64,000 nt of DNA from a virus (lineage: Duplodnaviria > Caudoviricetes): the IMG/VR virus record IMGVR_UViG_3300035134_000062, positions 335-64,334 of that record; one strand, written 5' to 3'. The notes beneath the pieces are model-generated. The model did not search any database and was not told where the DNA came from. It saw nothing but the letters and a program-made list of their open reading frames with translations. Positions 45,386-52,755 of this stretch are shown piece after piece (within the stretch, counting starts at the first letter, position 1; each line of letters opens with the position of its first letter). Made by a program: the position numbers and the translations under genes.

Positions 45386-45640
45386 ATGCCACGCGAACTG
45401 AGGAACTTTGGGCTACACTTGGCAGTGGACGGCAAAGCACGGTCCCTGCAGACCGGTCCGAATGGCAAGGATGGAGGTTTCACACTGCACTTTCTCATCA
45501 GAGAAGGTGAAAACGTCTCAGAGAAGCGCTTGTGCATTAAAGCATTTGTCTTCTCTGATGGCACTCTCGAAATCCGCGCAGACAGCGATGAGCCAGAACT
45601 TAGAGACAAGAGCATCACGCTCCTTCGAGGGTGGAGGTAG
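45386..45640 (+). CDS. Hypothetical protein (paralog pair)
   Basis: MPR...NF.L.L.VDGKARSL.TGP.GKDGGF. Confidence 0.8.
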   Translation: MPRELRNFGLHLAVDGKARSLQTGPNGKDGGFTLHFLIREGENVSEKRLCIKAFVFSDGTLEIRADSDEPELRDKSITLLRGWR

Positions 45641-45646
45641 GACGCC

Positions 45647-45901
45647 ATGCCACGCGCAGTGCCAAATTTTTGGCTCGACCTGACAGTGGACGGCAAAGCA
45701 CGGTCCTTGCGGACCGGACCGAAAGGCAAGGACGGGGGCTTTCAGCTTGCGTTCTTCATAAGAGAGGAGGGATCCGTTTCTCTGAAGAAGCTGACCATCG
45801 ACGGAGTCGTGCGCTTCGACGGCACTCTCGAAATCCAAGCCTGCAGCGATGAACCATGGCTTGAAGGCAAAGTCATGACGCTACTCAGCGGTAGGAGGTA
45901 G
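45647..45901 (+). CDS. Hypothetical protein (paralog pair)
   Basis: Tandem duplicate of 45386. Confidence 0.8.
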   Translation: MPRAVPNFWLDLTVDGKARSLRTGPKGKDGGFQLAFFIREEGSVSLKKLTIDGVVRFDGTLEIQACSDEPWLEGKVMTLLSGRR

Positions 45902-45907
45902 GGCACC

Positions 45908-46198
45908 ATGATAACCGCGTACGTTGGCGACCTCGCGTACCTCTTCTCATCCACCGTAGTCCTGGTGCCTGTGAAGACTCTAGACTGGCATTTTGTTGCC
46001 GGTAAGAATGCCGCACAAGACGGCAAAGTCCATAAAAATAGCGTAATGGAGGTCAGAGTCACCGCCACACGTGGCTCATACCGCCGGGGAGAGACTCTGC
46101 ATGTCCCACTCACCTCCGTGGCACCACGAAGGGCAGTGAAAAGCAAAGAGGGCAAGCTCATCGCGATTCGGCCCTACGAGTGGAAGGAGAGAACGTGA
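45908..46198 (+). CDS. Hypothetical protein (paralog pair)
   Basis: MITAYVGDLAYL...ATRG.YRRGE...PYEWKER. Confidence 0.8.
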   Translation: MITAYVGDLAYLFSSTVVLVPVKTLDWHFVAGKNAAQDGKVHKNSVMEVRVTATRGSYRRGETLHVPLTSVAPRRAVKSKEGKLIAIRPYEWKERT

Positions 46199-46476
46199 TG
46201 ATAACCGCGTACGTTGGCGACCTCGCGTACCTCGACACATTCAGTGGCCTTATCCCGGTGAAAACTTTCGGCAGTGGTTTTGTCCGAGGTGTGGATGACT
46301 TCAGCGACACGAAGACAGCCATTCAAGCTAAGGTTATTGCTACTCGTGGGGCCTACCGACGGGGCGAAGTTCTGATTAGACCACGCCGCACGGTAATCCC
46401 CCGACCAGCAGTGCGCCGCCACAAGTACAAGACCACAATCCTGCCGTACGAGTGGAAGGAGAGGAGTGAACTATGA
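46198..46476 (+). CDS. Hypothetical protein (paralog pair)
   Basis: Tandem duplicate of 45908. Confidence 0.8.
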   Translation: MITAYVGDLAYLDTFSGLIPVKTFGSGFVRGVDDFSDTKTAIQAKVIATRGAYRRGEVLIRPRRTVIPRPAVRRHKYKTTILPYEWKERSEL

Positions 46477-46691
46477 TCCGTTTCCTACTCATCATTACTG
46501 GGTTTACGCTCATCGGGTTAGCAATACGTCAAATGGTGCTGGCGCCTGATGGCGATGAGTGTGTTTTGACCAGAAATCGAATGGGGTTGTCGGGTCAAAT
46601 AGTCATCATCAGGGACCATGATCAGCTCCATTGTTTGCACACGATCACGGATGATTCGATCATTTACGTGTGCCCAAGGACGGAACCATGA
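46473..46691 (+). CDS. Small membrane-anchored protein
   Basis: MIRFLLIITGFTLIGLAI N-terminal TM segment. Confidence 0.6.
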   Translation: MIRFLLIITGFTLIGLAIRQMVLAPDGDECVLTRNRMGLSGQIVIIRDHDQLHCLHTITDDSIIYVCPRTEP

Positions 46692-47134
46692 ACATCACAG
46701 TTGATCAGATCATGAAGTGGAACCCATGTGGACGCTGGCCTCGTGAGCGCATCGAGAAAATGATGGGGGGCGCGCCGGTGTCGTTGGAGAGAATCCTGGT
46801 GGCCCCCGACATACCACGTTCTGACCGCATTTGGGTAGCATGTTACGTGTTCCCCGAAACTATCCAAGTTTGGATAAACCGAGCTGATACTTATGCCACC
46901 GAAGCCGAGGAATCCACTGAACTTACACAGGACTACAAAGAGGCGGCCGAAAATGCGGCCATCGACGCCGCCGAGTGCGCTGACAACTTTAGTTGGTTCC
47001 CTGGAGCGCGAGCCTACGCTGCCCACCTCTACGCTTTGGACGCCGCCCGCTACGTGAGGGGCTGGAAAGGTTGGGGGAAAGAACTCGAAGCACAACTTGC
47101 GATCCTGATTCAGCTCGCCAAGGAGAGAAAATAG
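46688..47134 (+). CDS. Ala-rich 'MNITVDQIM.W.PC' family protein
   Basis: Paralog of 53852 and 54433. Confidence 0.8.
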   Translation: MNITVDQIMKWNPCGRWPRERIEKMMGGAPVSLERILVAPDIPRSDRIWVACYVFPETIQVWINRADTYATEAEESTELTQDYKEAAENAAIDAAECADNFSWFPGARAYAAHLYALDAARYVRGWKGWGKELEAQLAILIQLAKERK

Positions 47135-47136
47135 CT

Positions 47137-47670
47137 ATGCGTATGTGGATGGTTAGTCCCGAGTGCCTTTGCGACCTGCATCTGAACGGAGAGCATGGCG
47201 AGATACACAAACATCGCGGCAGCTTCGTCAATCAACATTCCATCAAGGGGCGCTATGGTCAGATTGAGCCGCTGGCCATGAAGAGACGGCATGATGCCCT
47301 CGCCAAGGAAATGATGTATCGAGGTATGAATCATCACTCACCATACGAGATGCCGGACATCTCCTATCTCTCGAAGAGGGACCGCGAAGGCAAGGTGGAC
47401 ACAACTGTCTCCGTGGCCTTGCTCAGCTTGAGGTGCATGGCCTGCAACGAACGCTTGAACGATTTTTTCAGAGGTAAGCTGCAGCGACGGCGGTTGCTGG
47501 AGTCCATCCGGATGGACTTCGGCGACCTGCACCGTCTCGTTGACCCGGAAGACATCAAAGACACTGCAGTGGAATTAATGGGGGCCATCAGGAGCGGGCA
47601 TCAACTTGGACTCCTATCCCCCACTGAGAGCAGAGCTCTCTACCGACGCGCATGGAGCATCGCAACATGA
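47137..47670 (+). CDS. Pyrimidine-dimer DNA glycosylase (DenV-like) with an appended helical domain
   Basis: MRMWMV.P..LC..HL.GEH.EIH....RHDAL..EM..RG.NH.SP. Confidence 0.8.
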   Translation: MRMWMVSPECLCDLHLNGEHGEIHKHRGSFVNQHSIKGRYGQIEPLAMKRRHDALAKEMMYRGMNHHSPYEMPDISYLSKRDREGKVDTTVSVALLSLRCMACNERLNDFFRGKLQRRRLLESIRMDFGDLHRLVDPEDIKDTAVELMGAIRSGHQLGLLSPTESRALYRRAWSIAT

Positions 47671-47954
47671 AACCTTTTCAAGGATTAGCTTTTCGCGTAA
47701 TGCCAGTGCCAACTCGATTCCCGGAAAGTCTGGTAAAGAATGTCGTTGGAAAATTCAGGCAAGCTCAAGCGGATTTCAAGGATGCACAAGCGGCCTACGA
47801 CGAAGGAGACCCAGCTTCCGTGTACGCATTCTGGACTGCATCTAAAGAGTTCAGCGAAGCTGGTTTGGCGATATGCCGTTTGGCGTACGCGGACGAGTTG
47901 GACCGCGATAGTGCCGAAGTGAAAGTCATGTCAGCAGAGGATGCTATGTCATGA
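47667..47954 (+). CDS. Hypothetical protein
   Basis: ATGA coupling on both sides. Confidence 0.6.
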   Translation: MKPFQGLAFRVMPVPTRFPESLVKNVVGKFRQAQADFKDAQAAYDEGDPASVYAFWTASKEFSEAGLAICRLAYADELDRDSAEVKVMSAEDAMS

Positions 47955-48163
47955 AAGATTCACGTGTTGTGGTGTTAGAGCATTTGAGGGATCATTTTTG
48001 GTGGCTACGAAACTGCTACGTTTGCAAGCATCAAAGAAGTCGGTGGTGCCACGAACTCATAGGCTCTGTTGAGGTATGTAAAGAAATTGGTATTATTTCA
48101 AACAAGGAAGCGATTGCGCTTATAAATCGCGCCCAAGAAATTGTGGGGGAGGATGCCGAATGA
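47951..48163 (+). CDS. Small helical protein resembling the DenV-like C-terminal domain
   Basis: LEHLRDHF...ELIG.......GIIS..E...L..RA. Confidence 0.65.
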   Translation: MKDSRVVVLEHLRDHFWWLRNCYVCKHQRSRWCHELIGSVEVCKEIGIISNKEAIALINRAQEIVGEDAE

Positions 48164-48570
48164 AAATCATGACAGCACAAGAAGTTCGTGAGAAGCAACG
48201 CGCCATTACCGAGGAGAGAGAAGTCAAGAAAGACACTTGGGAGGCGGAGTTGTTGCGGGAAATGTTGGAAGCAATCAACGCAGCAACAGAGTATGCTATC
48301 AACCGAGATCTGAACCAACCAGTAACTGAAGCCCATATAGTGGTAGAGCAACTGCCACAAGAATACACGAGGTGGAGGGCATCCGGTATCCACTCATGGC
48401 GTCCAAGTAAGTTGTCTATGCACAAGACGGAGAAATTGGTTTTAGGTCGAGTAAAAGCGGTTCTGCTGCATAAGTTCACCGTAAGATGGAATACATCATA
48501 CTATGGAGATTCTCCAAATAGCTTCCGTACACTGCGGTTAATCTGGTCCTGGGGGGAGGAAGACAAATGA
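48160..48570 (+). CDS. Hypothetical protein
   Basis: GGGAGGA upstream; ATGA coupling. Confidence 0.65.
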   Translation: MKIMTAQEVREKQRAITEEREVKKDTWEAELLREMLEAINAATEYAINRDLNQPVTEAHIVVEQLPQEYTRWRASGIHSWRPSKLSMHKTEKLVLGRVKAVLLHKFTVRWNTSYYGDSPNSFRTLRLIWSWGEEDK

Positions 48571-48914
48571 TTCTCAAACTACAGACATACGACCATACCC
48601 GCGTGGTCTTCGAGACAATCAATGAGAACTTTGCGCATCTGGAAAAGCGCATCGCCAAGCTCGAAGCGGAGCGGGGAGCTCCCAAGGAACCAGCGCCGGA
48701 CTTCAATCGAGAACAAGCCAGGAAAAAGGCGCTCAAGAACCTCCGTCGTAGCTTCATTCGCTTGCGTTCGAGGCGCCGCTTCAGGATGCGCGCAGCGTAT
48801 GGCCTAGCCTGCAAACTTCAGCTTATGGATGATCTTCAGCTTGTATCGTCGGACGAGTACAACAAGCTGGCCCGCCGCGCGATGGCCCTGCGCTACGAGG
48901 AGCAAGAGCCATGA
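48567..48914 (+). CDS. Hypothetical protein with a C-terminal helical domain shared with 47951
   Basis: LKNLRRSF...L.LVS.DE...L.RRA. Confidence 0.65.
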   Translation: MILKLQTYDHTRVVFETINENFAHLEKRIAKLEAERGAPKEPAPDFNREQARKKALKNLRRSFIRLRSRRRFRMRAAYGLACKLQLMDDLQLVSSDEYNKLARRAMALRYEEQEP

Positions 48915-49240
48915 AAGCAACGCGAGCAGAGAAGCGAGCTTTGCTTGAGACTGTAGAACGGTGGGCCGCGGTTGTTGTCATCGACAGAGAGGGATACCCG
49001 CGCTCGTTCTTTAGCGCATGTTCTCTGTGCCGGCTAGCAGGTGGGTGTGTAACCAGACAACCGGACTGTCTGCAGTGTGTTGCGTACCAAGCGCTAGGGG
49101 CAGTATGCACAGGACCGAGCGGGGCATTTGGGCGCTATTTTAACGGCGTCCCAACCAACGAAAGCGTTCTACTCACAGCGATTTTGCTCTGCGAAATCTA
49201 CGGAATCGACGTCGAAGCGGAGCTCGGATGGGAGGAGTAA
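48911..49240 (+). CDS. Hypothetical protein (paralog of 30559-30930)
   Basis: CSLC...CLQC...TNESVLLTAILLCEIYGIDVEAEL. Confidence 0.75.
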   Translation: MKATRAEKRALLETVERWAAVVVIDREGYPRSFFSACSLCRLAGGCVTRQPDCLQCVAYQALGAVCTGPSGAFGRYFNGVPTNESVLLTAILLCEIYGIDVEAELGWEE

Positions 49241-49245
49241 GAAAG

Positions 49246-49989
49246 ATGAGCACCACAACATCGACCGCCTGCGGCACTTGTGCACACTGTATGGGTCCAG
49301 CTCAAAGCTGCATCCTAATCCCAGCTGAAGAAGCCGAATGCCATGCGTCTGATCCGCACAACAGAAAGCATTGGAAGCAATGGGAACCAAAGGCCGTCAC
49401 ATTAGCATCAACGCCGGGCAGGACTTGCGGTGCTTGCCACTACTTCGAGGACAGCACTTCTGGCCTCATCATATGCACATTGTACTGCACTCCGGCCGAG
49501 GCCCATGTCGCTGCTTGCTCCAACTGGAGAGCTCCGCGCACCGGTGCCGTACAGATGAGTTGTGGCAATTGCGCCAGGCAGCGCAAAGATGGGAGTTGCG
49601 GCATTGGAGCCGACAAGGTGAGCGAGTGCATCATCTACAGCCGCCGCAAGCATTGGATACCTAAAACCACAAGCTCAGAGTCCGCGCCCCCGCCGAGCAC
49701 GGCCGCTCCGCAACCGGACCCTTGCGCTCCGACGCCCATCGAAGGTCATCACGCCAGAATCAAAGTGGACGTAGGGGACCATATCGTCGACCCGAGTGTG
49801 CTTCAGCAAATTGCGGAGCGCGCGGAGGCTCAGCTCCGCCGAGACATTTTCTTCTGCGAGACATGCCCATTCTGCCCCACGTGCGGCAAGAATCGCCGCC
49901 TGAATTTCCGGAGAAGTCCGGAGTATGTCTCCAAACATGCCGAGTTCTATCGCATCACAGCCGAGTGGGTCTGCGATCATGAAGTGTAG
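49246..49989 (+). CDS. Multi-CxxC protein with a C-terminal domain shared with 28381-29097
   Basis: Three CxxC..C modules (two ending ..RKHW.PK), then PD.CAP...PFC..CGK.R.L.F....YR..A..VC. Confidence 0.75.
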   Translation: MSTTTSTACGTCAHCMGPAQSCILIPAEEAECHASDPHNRKHWKQWEPKAVTLASTPGRTCGACHYFEDSTSGLIICTLYCTPAEAHVAACSNWRAPRTGAVQMSCGNCARQRKDGSCGIGADKVSECIIYSRRKHWIPKTTSSESAPPPSTAAPQPDPCAPTPIEGHHARIKVDVGDHIVDPSVLQQIAERAEAQLRRDIFFCETCPFCPTCGKNRRLNFRRSPEYVSKHAEFYRITAEWVCDHEV

Positions 49990-50090
49990 TGACAACCGTG
50001 TCACGGTCCGCAAAAATGTGCGGATTCTTGAAGGTGGTATGAGCGTAAGTAGTTGTTTTTACGTGCTCAATATTTGGCACGTGGAGTGCA
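49989..50090 (+). promoter_or_regulatory. sigma54-type promoter B (class I)
   Basis: GTGACA-ACCG-TGTCAC 49989-50004; CCGCA-N6-TGCGG 50008-23; IHF-like AAACAACTACTTA (minus strand, 50046-58); TGGCACGTGGAGTGCA 50075-90. Spacings are identical to promoter A. Confidence 0.75.
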
Positions 50091-50135
50091 TTAAGGATCA
50101 ATGTGTCTGTCAGACACAAGAGGGAGAGAGACATC

Positions 50136-50351
50136 ATGGGTCATGGCGGTAGACGTCCCGGTTCTGGCCGGCCGAGCCTTGGGGTTGGGTACACCCGCAT
50201 TACGGCTTTGTTGAGTGATAAGCAGATCGCTGCTATCCACACCTGGCGTGACACATACCAGTGCAAGACGGTATCTGAGGCCCTACGGCAGATCTTGGAT
50301 GCCTTGAGGGATACGCTGGATTCCCCGGCGCAAAAAAAGCCGCCTGAGTGA
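50136..50351 (+). CDS. Small DNA-binding protein (GGRRPGSGRP motif plus a ribbon-helix-helix-like region)
   Basis: GGRRPGSGRP, RITALLSDKQIAAI.......TVSEALRQIL. Confidence 0.7.
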   Translation: MGHGGRRPGSGRPSLGVGYTRITALLSDKQIAAIHTWRDTYQCKTVSEALRQILDALRDTLDSPAQKKPPE

Positions 50352-50360
50352 TTTTTTTTG

Positions 50361-50389
50361 TTGACGAGTCCAGTTGATTACCGTATACT
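50361..50389 (+). promoter_or_regulatory. Strong sigma70-type promoter
   Basis: TTGACG-N17-TATACT with a T/A tract directly upstream, 40 nt before the 50429 start. Confidence 0.8.
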
Positions 50390-50428
50390 GTATTCATGAT
50401 CGAGGCAACGTCAACGAGGGAGAGAGAC

Positions 50429-51205
50429 ATGACAACTTATCGAATCAGCAATCGCACCAGTGGAGCGGACCTTGGCACCTACAATGCGGATTCGCCAGAA
50501 GAAGCGCTCAACGCCATGGCCCGGGATGCGGGTTATGACGACTTCACAGAAAATTGCGATGTCGTGGGGTTGTCAATCGGCGAAGCTACGAGAGACTTGG
50601 TCATCGTGGAACTCGACGAGACCCCGACAGCCGCAGAAGCCGACACCCACGCACGGATCGACAGTTACAGCGCGTATTGGGATATGGTGGTTGGCCCATA
50701 CCGCGACCCAGAGGGCGTCATCGATGAAGTCGGCGAGGGGTGCTACGCCAGCGTCAGGGACTGGCTAATCGCTGCAGAGACCCAGTGTCTGGACCAAGGC
50801 GCGACCTGCAGCGGGGATGATTTGGCCGCTTACCGCGAAAAGGCGGCTCAAGAGATCAATGTTGCAACGGGTCAGGTACGCGAGGATCCTCCCCGCGCCC
50901 GCTTGATCCTGGACAACGGCGGCGGGGCTACCCTACAGCTCGGCTCCTGGGGCGGCGACTTTGACGCCAGGACGGCCTCGGCGTGCGCGCAGTCTATCGC
51001 AGCATGGCTTCGCGACCAGACCACCGAAGGGTGGGAGGGAACGGAATCCGCCGCGGTGCTCAAACCGACGGAAGAGCAGATCCGGAATGGCGGGTACACG
51101 GTAGTCGAGCTCGATGATCTCGCATCGCTCGATGGTGAGTACGGTGGCGAGGCCGAGGCCGAGATCCGCGCGGCCCTGATCCGCTTTGGTGTGCTCGCGC
51201 AGTAG
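50429..51205 (+). CDS. Three-domain acidic early protein
   Basis: Domain 1 resembles 43733, domain 2 resembles 44226/44500, and domain 3 is unique here; AGGGAGAGAGAC RBS. Confidence 0.8.
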   Translation: MTTYRISNRTSGADLGTYNADSPEEALNAMARDAGYDDFTENCDVVGLSIGEATRDLVIVELDETPTAAEADTHARIDSYSAYWDMVVGPYRDPEGVIDEVGEGCYASVRDWLIAAETQCLDQGATCSGDDLAAYREKAAQEINVATGQVREDPPRARLILDNGGGATLQLGSWGGDFDARTASACAQSIAAWLRDQTTEGWEGTESAAVLKPTEEQIRNGGYTVVELDDLASLDGEYGGEAEAEIRAALIRFGVLAQ

Positions 51206-51269
51206 CACGGAGGGCGCCCCTGGGAGACCGGGGGCGTCGCTCGGCACTATTGCCGGAGAGGGAGACATG
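51199..51269 (+). promoter_or_regulatory. Double-hairpin stop-to-start leader, copy 2
   Basis: Same stems as 43661-43735; the apical loop is GAGA (GNRA). Confidence 0.7.
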
Positions 51270-51938
51270 AAGCTTTACAAGCTGACAGACGCTGACAGCT
51301 ACACTCGGCGTGGGCAACCCGAGGCCGTGGCGTGGATCCCTGGCGCACCACCGCCGAAACTCGACGGGACAGAGCTCTGCAGCGCAGGCGTTTACCACGC
51401 CTACCGCACTCCAGAGATCGCAGTATTTATGGATTCTATCCACGCCGCCTATCTACCCGGTGGCCTCCTGTGGGAAGCTGATGGCGACGTTGTGGCGGAC
51501 GACGGTACAAAGGTTGGTTGTCAGTCCCTGACCGTGCACCGCGTCATCACGCCACCCGTGCTCCCTCTAGCGGTGCGGGTGCGGGTGGCGATTTATGCAG
51601 TGCAGCGGGTGATGCCCACTTCCCAGTGCCAGTCCTGGCATGAATGGGCGCACTCGTGGCTGTCGGGTACAGATCGATCAGCGAAGGCGGCGGATGCAGC
51701 GGCGCGGGCAACGGCGCGGGCGGTGTGGTTGGCGGCGGATGCAGAGGCGCGGGCGGCGGCGCGAGCGACATGGTTGGCGGCGGAGGCGGATGCGGAGGCG
51801 GATGCGGAGGCGTGGTCGGCGGAGGCGGTGGAGCGTGCGACGTATTCCACCGGAGCCGCCTTTACTCTGCAGGCGTACATCGAAAGAGCTATACAGGACG
51901 AAGAGCGGCTTGGGGGTAATCCCCACCCAGGTGAGTGA
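51267..51938 (+). CDS. Hypothetical protein with a C-terminal Ala-rich 15-aa repeat
   Basis: LYKLTD..., W..DG....DGTKVGC..LT....I, then W.EWA.SWLSG.DRS..AA and AADAAARATARAVWL/AADAEARAAARATWL repeats. Confidence 0.8.
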   Translation: MKLYKLTDADSYTRRGQPEAVAWIPGAPPPKLDGTELCSAGVYHAYRTPEIAVFMDSIHAAYLPGGLLWEADGDVVADDGTKVGCQSLTVHRVITPPVLPLAVRVRVAIYAVQRVMPTSQCQSWHEWAHSWLSGTDRSAKAADAAARATARAVWLAADAEARAAARATWLAAEADAEADAEAWSAEAVERATYSTGAAFTLQAYIERAIQDEERLGGNPHPGE

Positions 51939-52022
51939 CCAACCCAGGCTAGCGGTGCCCACCGAGGCAGCAGAGACGGCCAGCGGAGATGGCACGACGG
52001 GTGCAAGGTAAGAAGGCATGAC
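51925..52022 (+). promoter_or_regulatory. 98-bp repeat copy 2 containing a sigma54-type -24/-12 motif (class II)
   Basis: TGGCACGACGGGTGCA at 51990-52005; colinear with 42086-42183. Confidence 0.7.
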
Positions 52023-52038
52023 ACGGAGGGACGACACG

Positions 52039-52158
52039 ATGACACTCAGCCTCAAAGACAAGATCGCCATTGCCAACGTCAAAGCGGACGCCCACGACGC
52101 CGCCAAGACTTTCGCCGCCGCCACCCGCGAGCTCCGCGCCGCGCTACAAGCCAAGTAG
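52039..52158 (+). CDS. 39-aa helical micro-protein
   Basis: MTLSLKDKIAIANVKADAHDAAKTFAAATRELRAALQAK; GGAGGG RBS just downstream of the predicted sigma54 start site. Confidence 0.55.
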   Translation: MTLSLKDKIAIANVKADAHDAAKTFAAATRELRAALQAK

Positions 52159-52168
52159 GGAGCCTGAA

Positions 52169-52357
52169 ATGAACGCTTACGCCGTAAGAGCCATTGACGC
52201 CGCCGGGACCGAGACTTTACTGCGCACCGCAGCCCACAGCGCCGACATCGCCGTGACCAAAGCCGCCGTCCTGCTGGGGACCGGCTATCTGGTAACCCAT
52301 GTCGCGCTGGTCGGCGCCTCCTGCTGGACCGAGATCGACGGCGGCATCGCCGCCTGA
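52169..52357 (+). CDS. Hypothetical protein
   Basis: MNAYAVRAIDAAG...; GGGAG upstream. Confidence 0.55.
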   Translation: MNAYAVRAIDAAGTETLLRTAAHSADIAVTKAAVLLGTGYLVTHVALVGASCWTEIDGGIAA

Positions 52358-52380
52358 AACACACACAAGAGAGGGAAGCC

Positions 52381-52620
52381 ATGTCAGATCCATTATACGC
52401 AGTCTTTTCGTGCGACCAGAATGGTTCCGTAGTATCACTGGCCCGGTTCCGGAGTGCAGATGATGCGGTGGAGCGCGCCAAGAAAATTTGTGCGGACTGT
52501 CCGACTCATTCGGTTGTGATCATCGTCCAGGGAGAGGATGCCGGCCAAGGTGGGTACCTGGTACCGCCGGATGGTGATTGGTCCGCCGATGCGGTGGTGT
52601 GGAGGGGTGAGCAGCGCTGA
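52381..52620 (+). CDS. Hypothetical protein
   Basis: GAGAGGGAAG upstream. Confidence 0.65.
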   Translation: MSDPLYAVFSCDQNGSVVSLARFRSADDAVERAKKICADCPTHSVVIIVQGEDAGQGGYLVPPDGDWSADAVVWRGEQR

Positions 52621-52630
52621 ATTTTTGCTA

Positions 52631-52734
52631 TGAGAGCAGGGTCGCCGAGGCCGCCATTGCAGGCCTACCCCCGCCCCGCGGATGGCAGGCTACACTGTGG
52701 TCTCCCTGCTGCAGTGTAGGCGGCCCTGCTCTCA
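52631..52734 (+). ncRNA. Candidate structured RNA 1 (multibranch) displaying GUCUCCCU in an apical loop
   Basis: Intergenic. 16-bp closing stem 52631-46/52719-34 with one G-U pair; hairpin CTACACTG/CAGTGTAG with the loop containing TGGTCTCCCT. Confidence 0.65.
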
Positions 52735-52755
52735 CCTTCGCAAGAGGAGGGTATT

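Noticed and set aside
52631-52734. Assignment of the structured element to a tRNA, SRP RNA, hammerhead/HDV ribozyme or known riboswitch
   Set aside because: No T-loop/anticodon cloverleaf, SRP core, CUGANGA/GAAA core or recognisable aptamer consensus was found by eye; an Infernal/Rfam search is needed.
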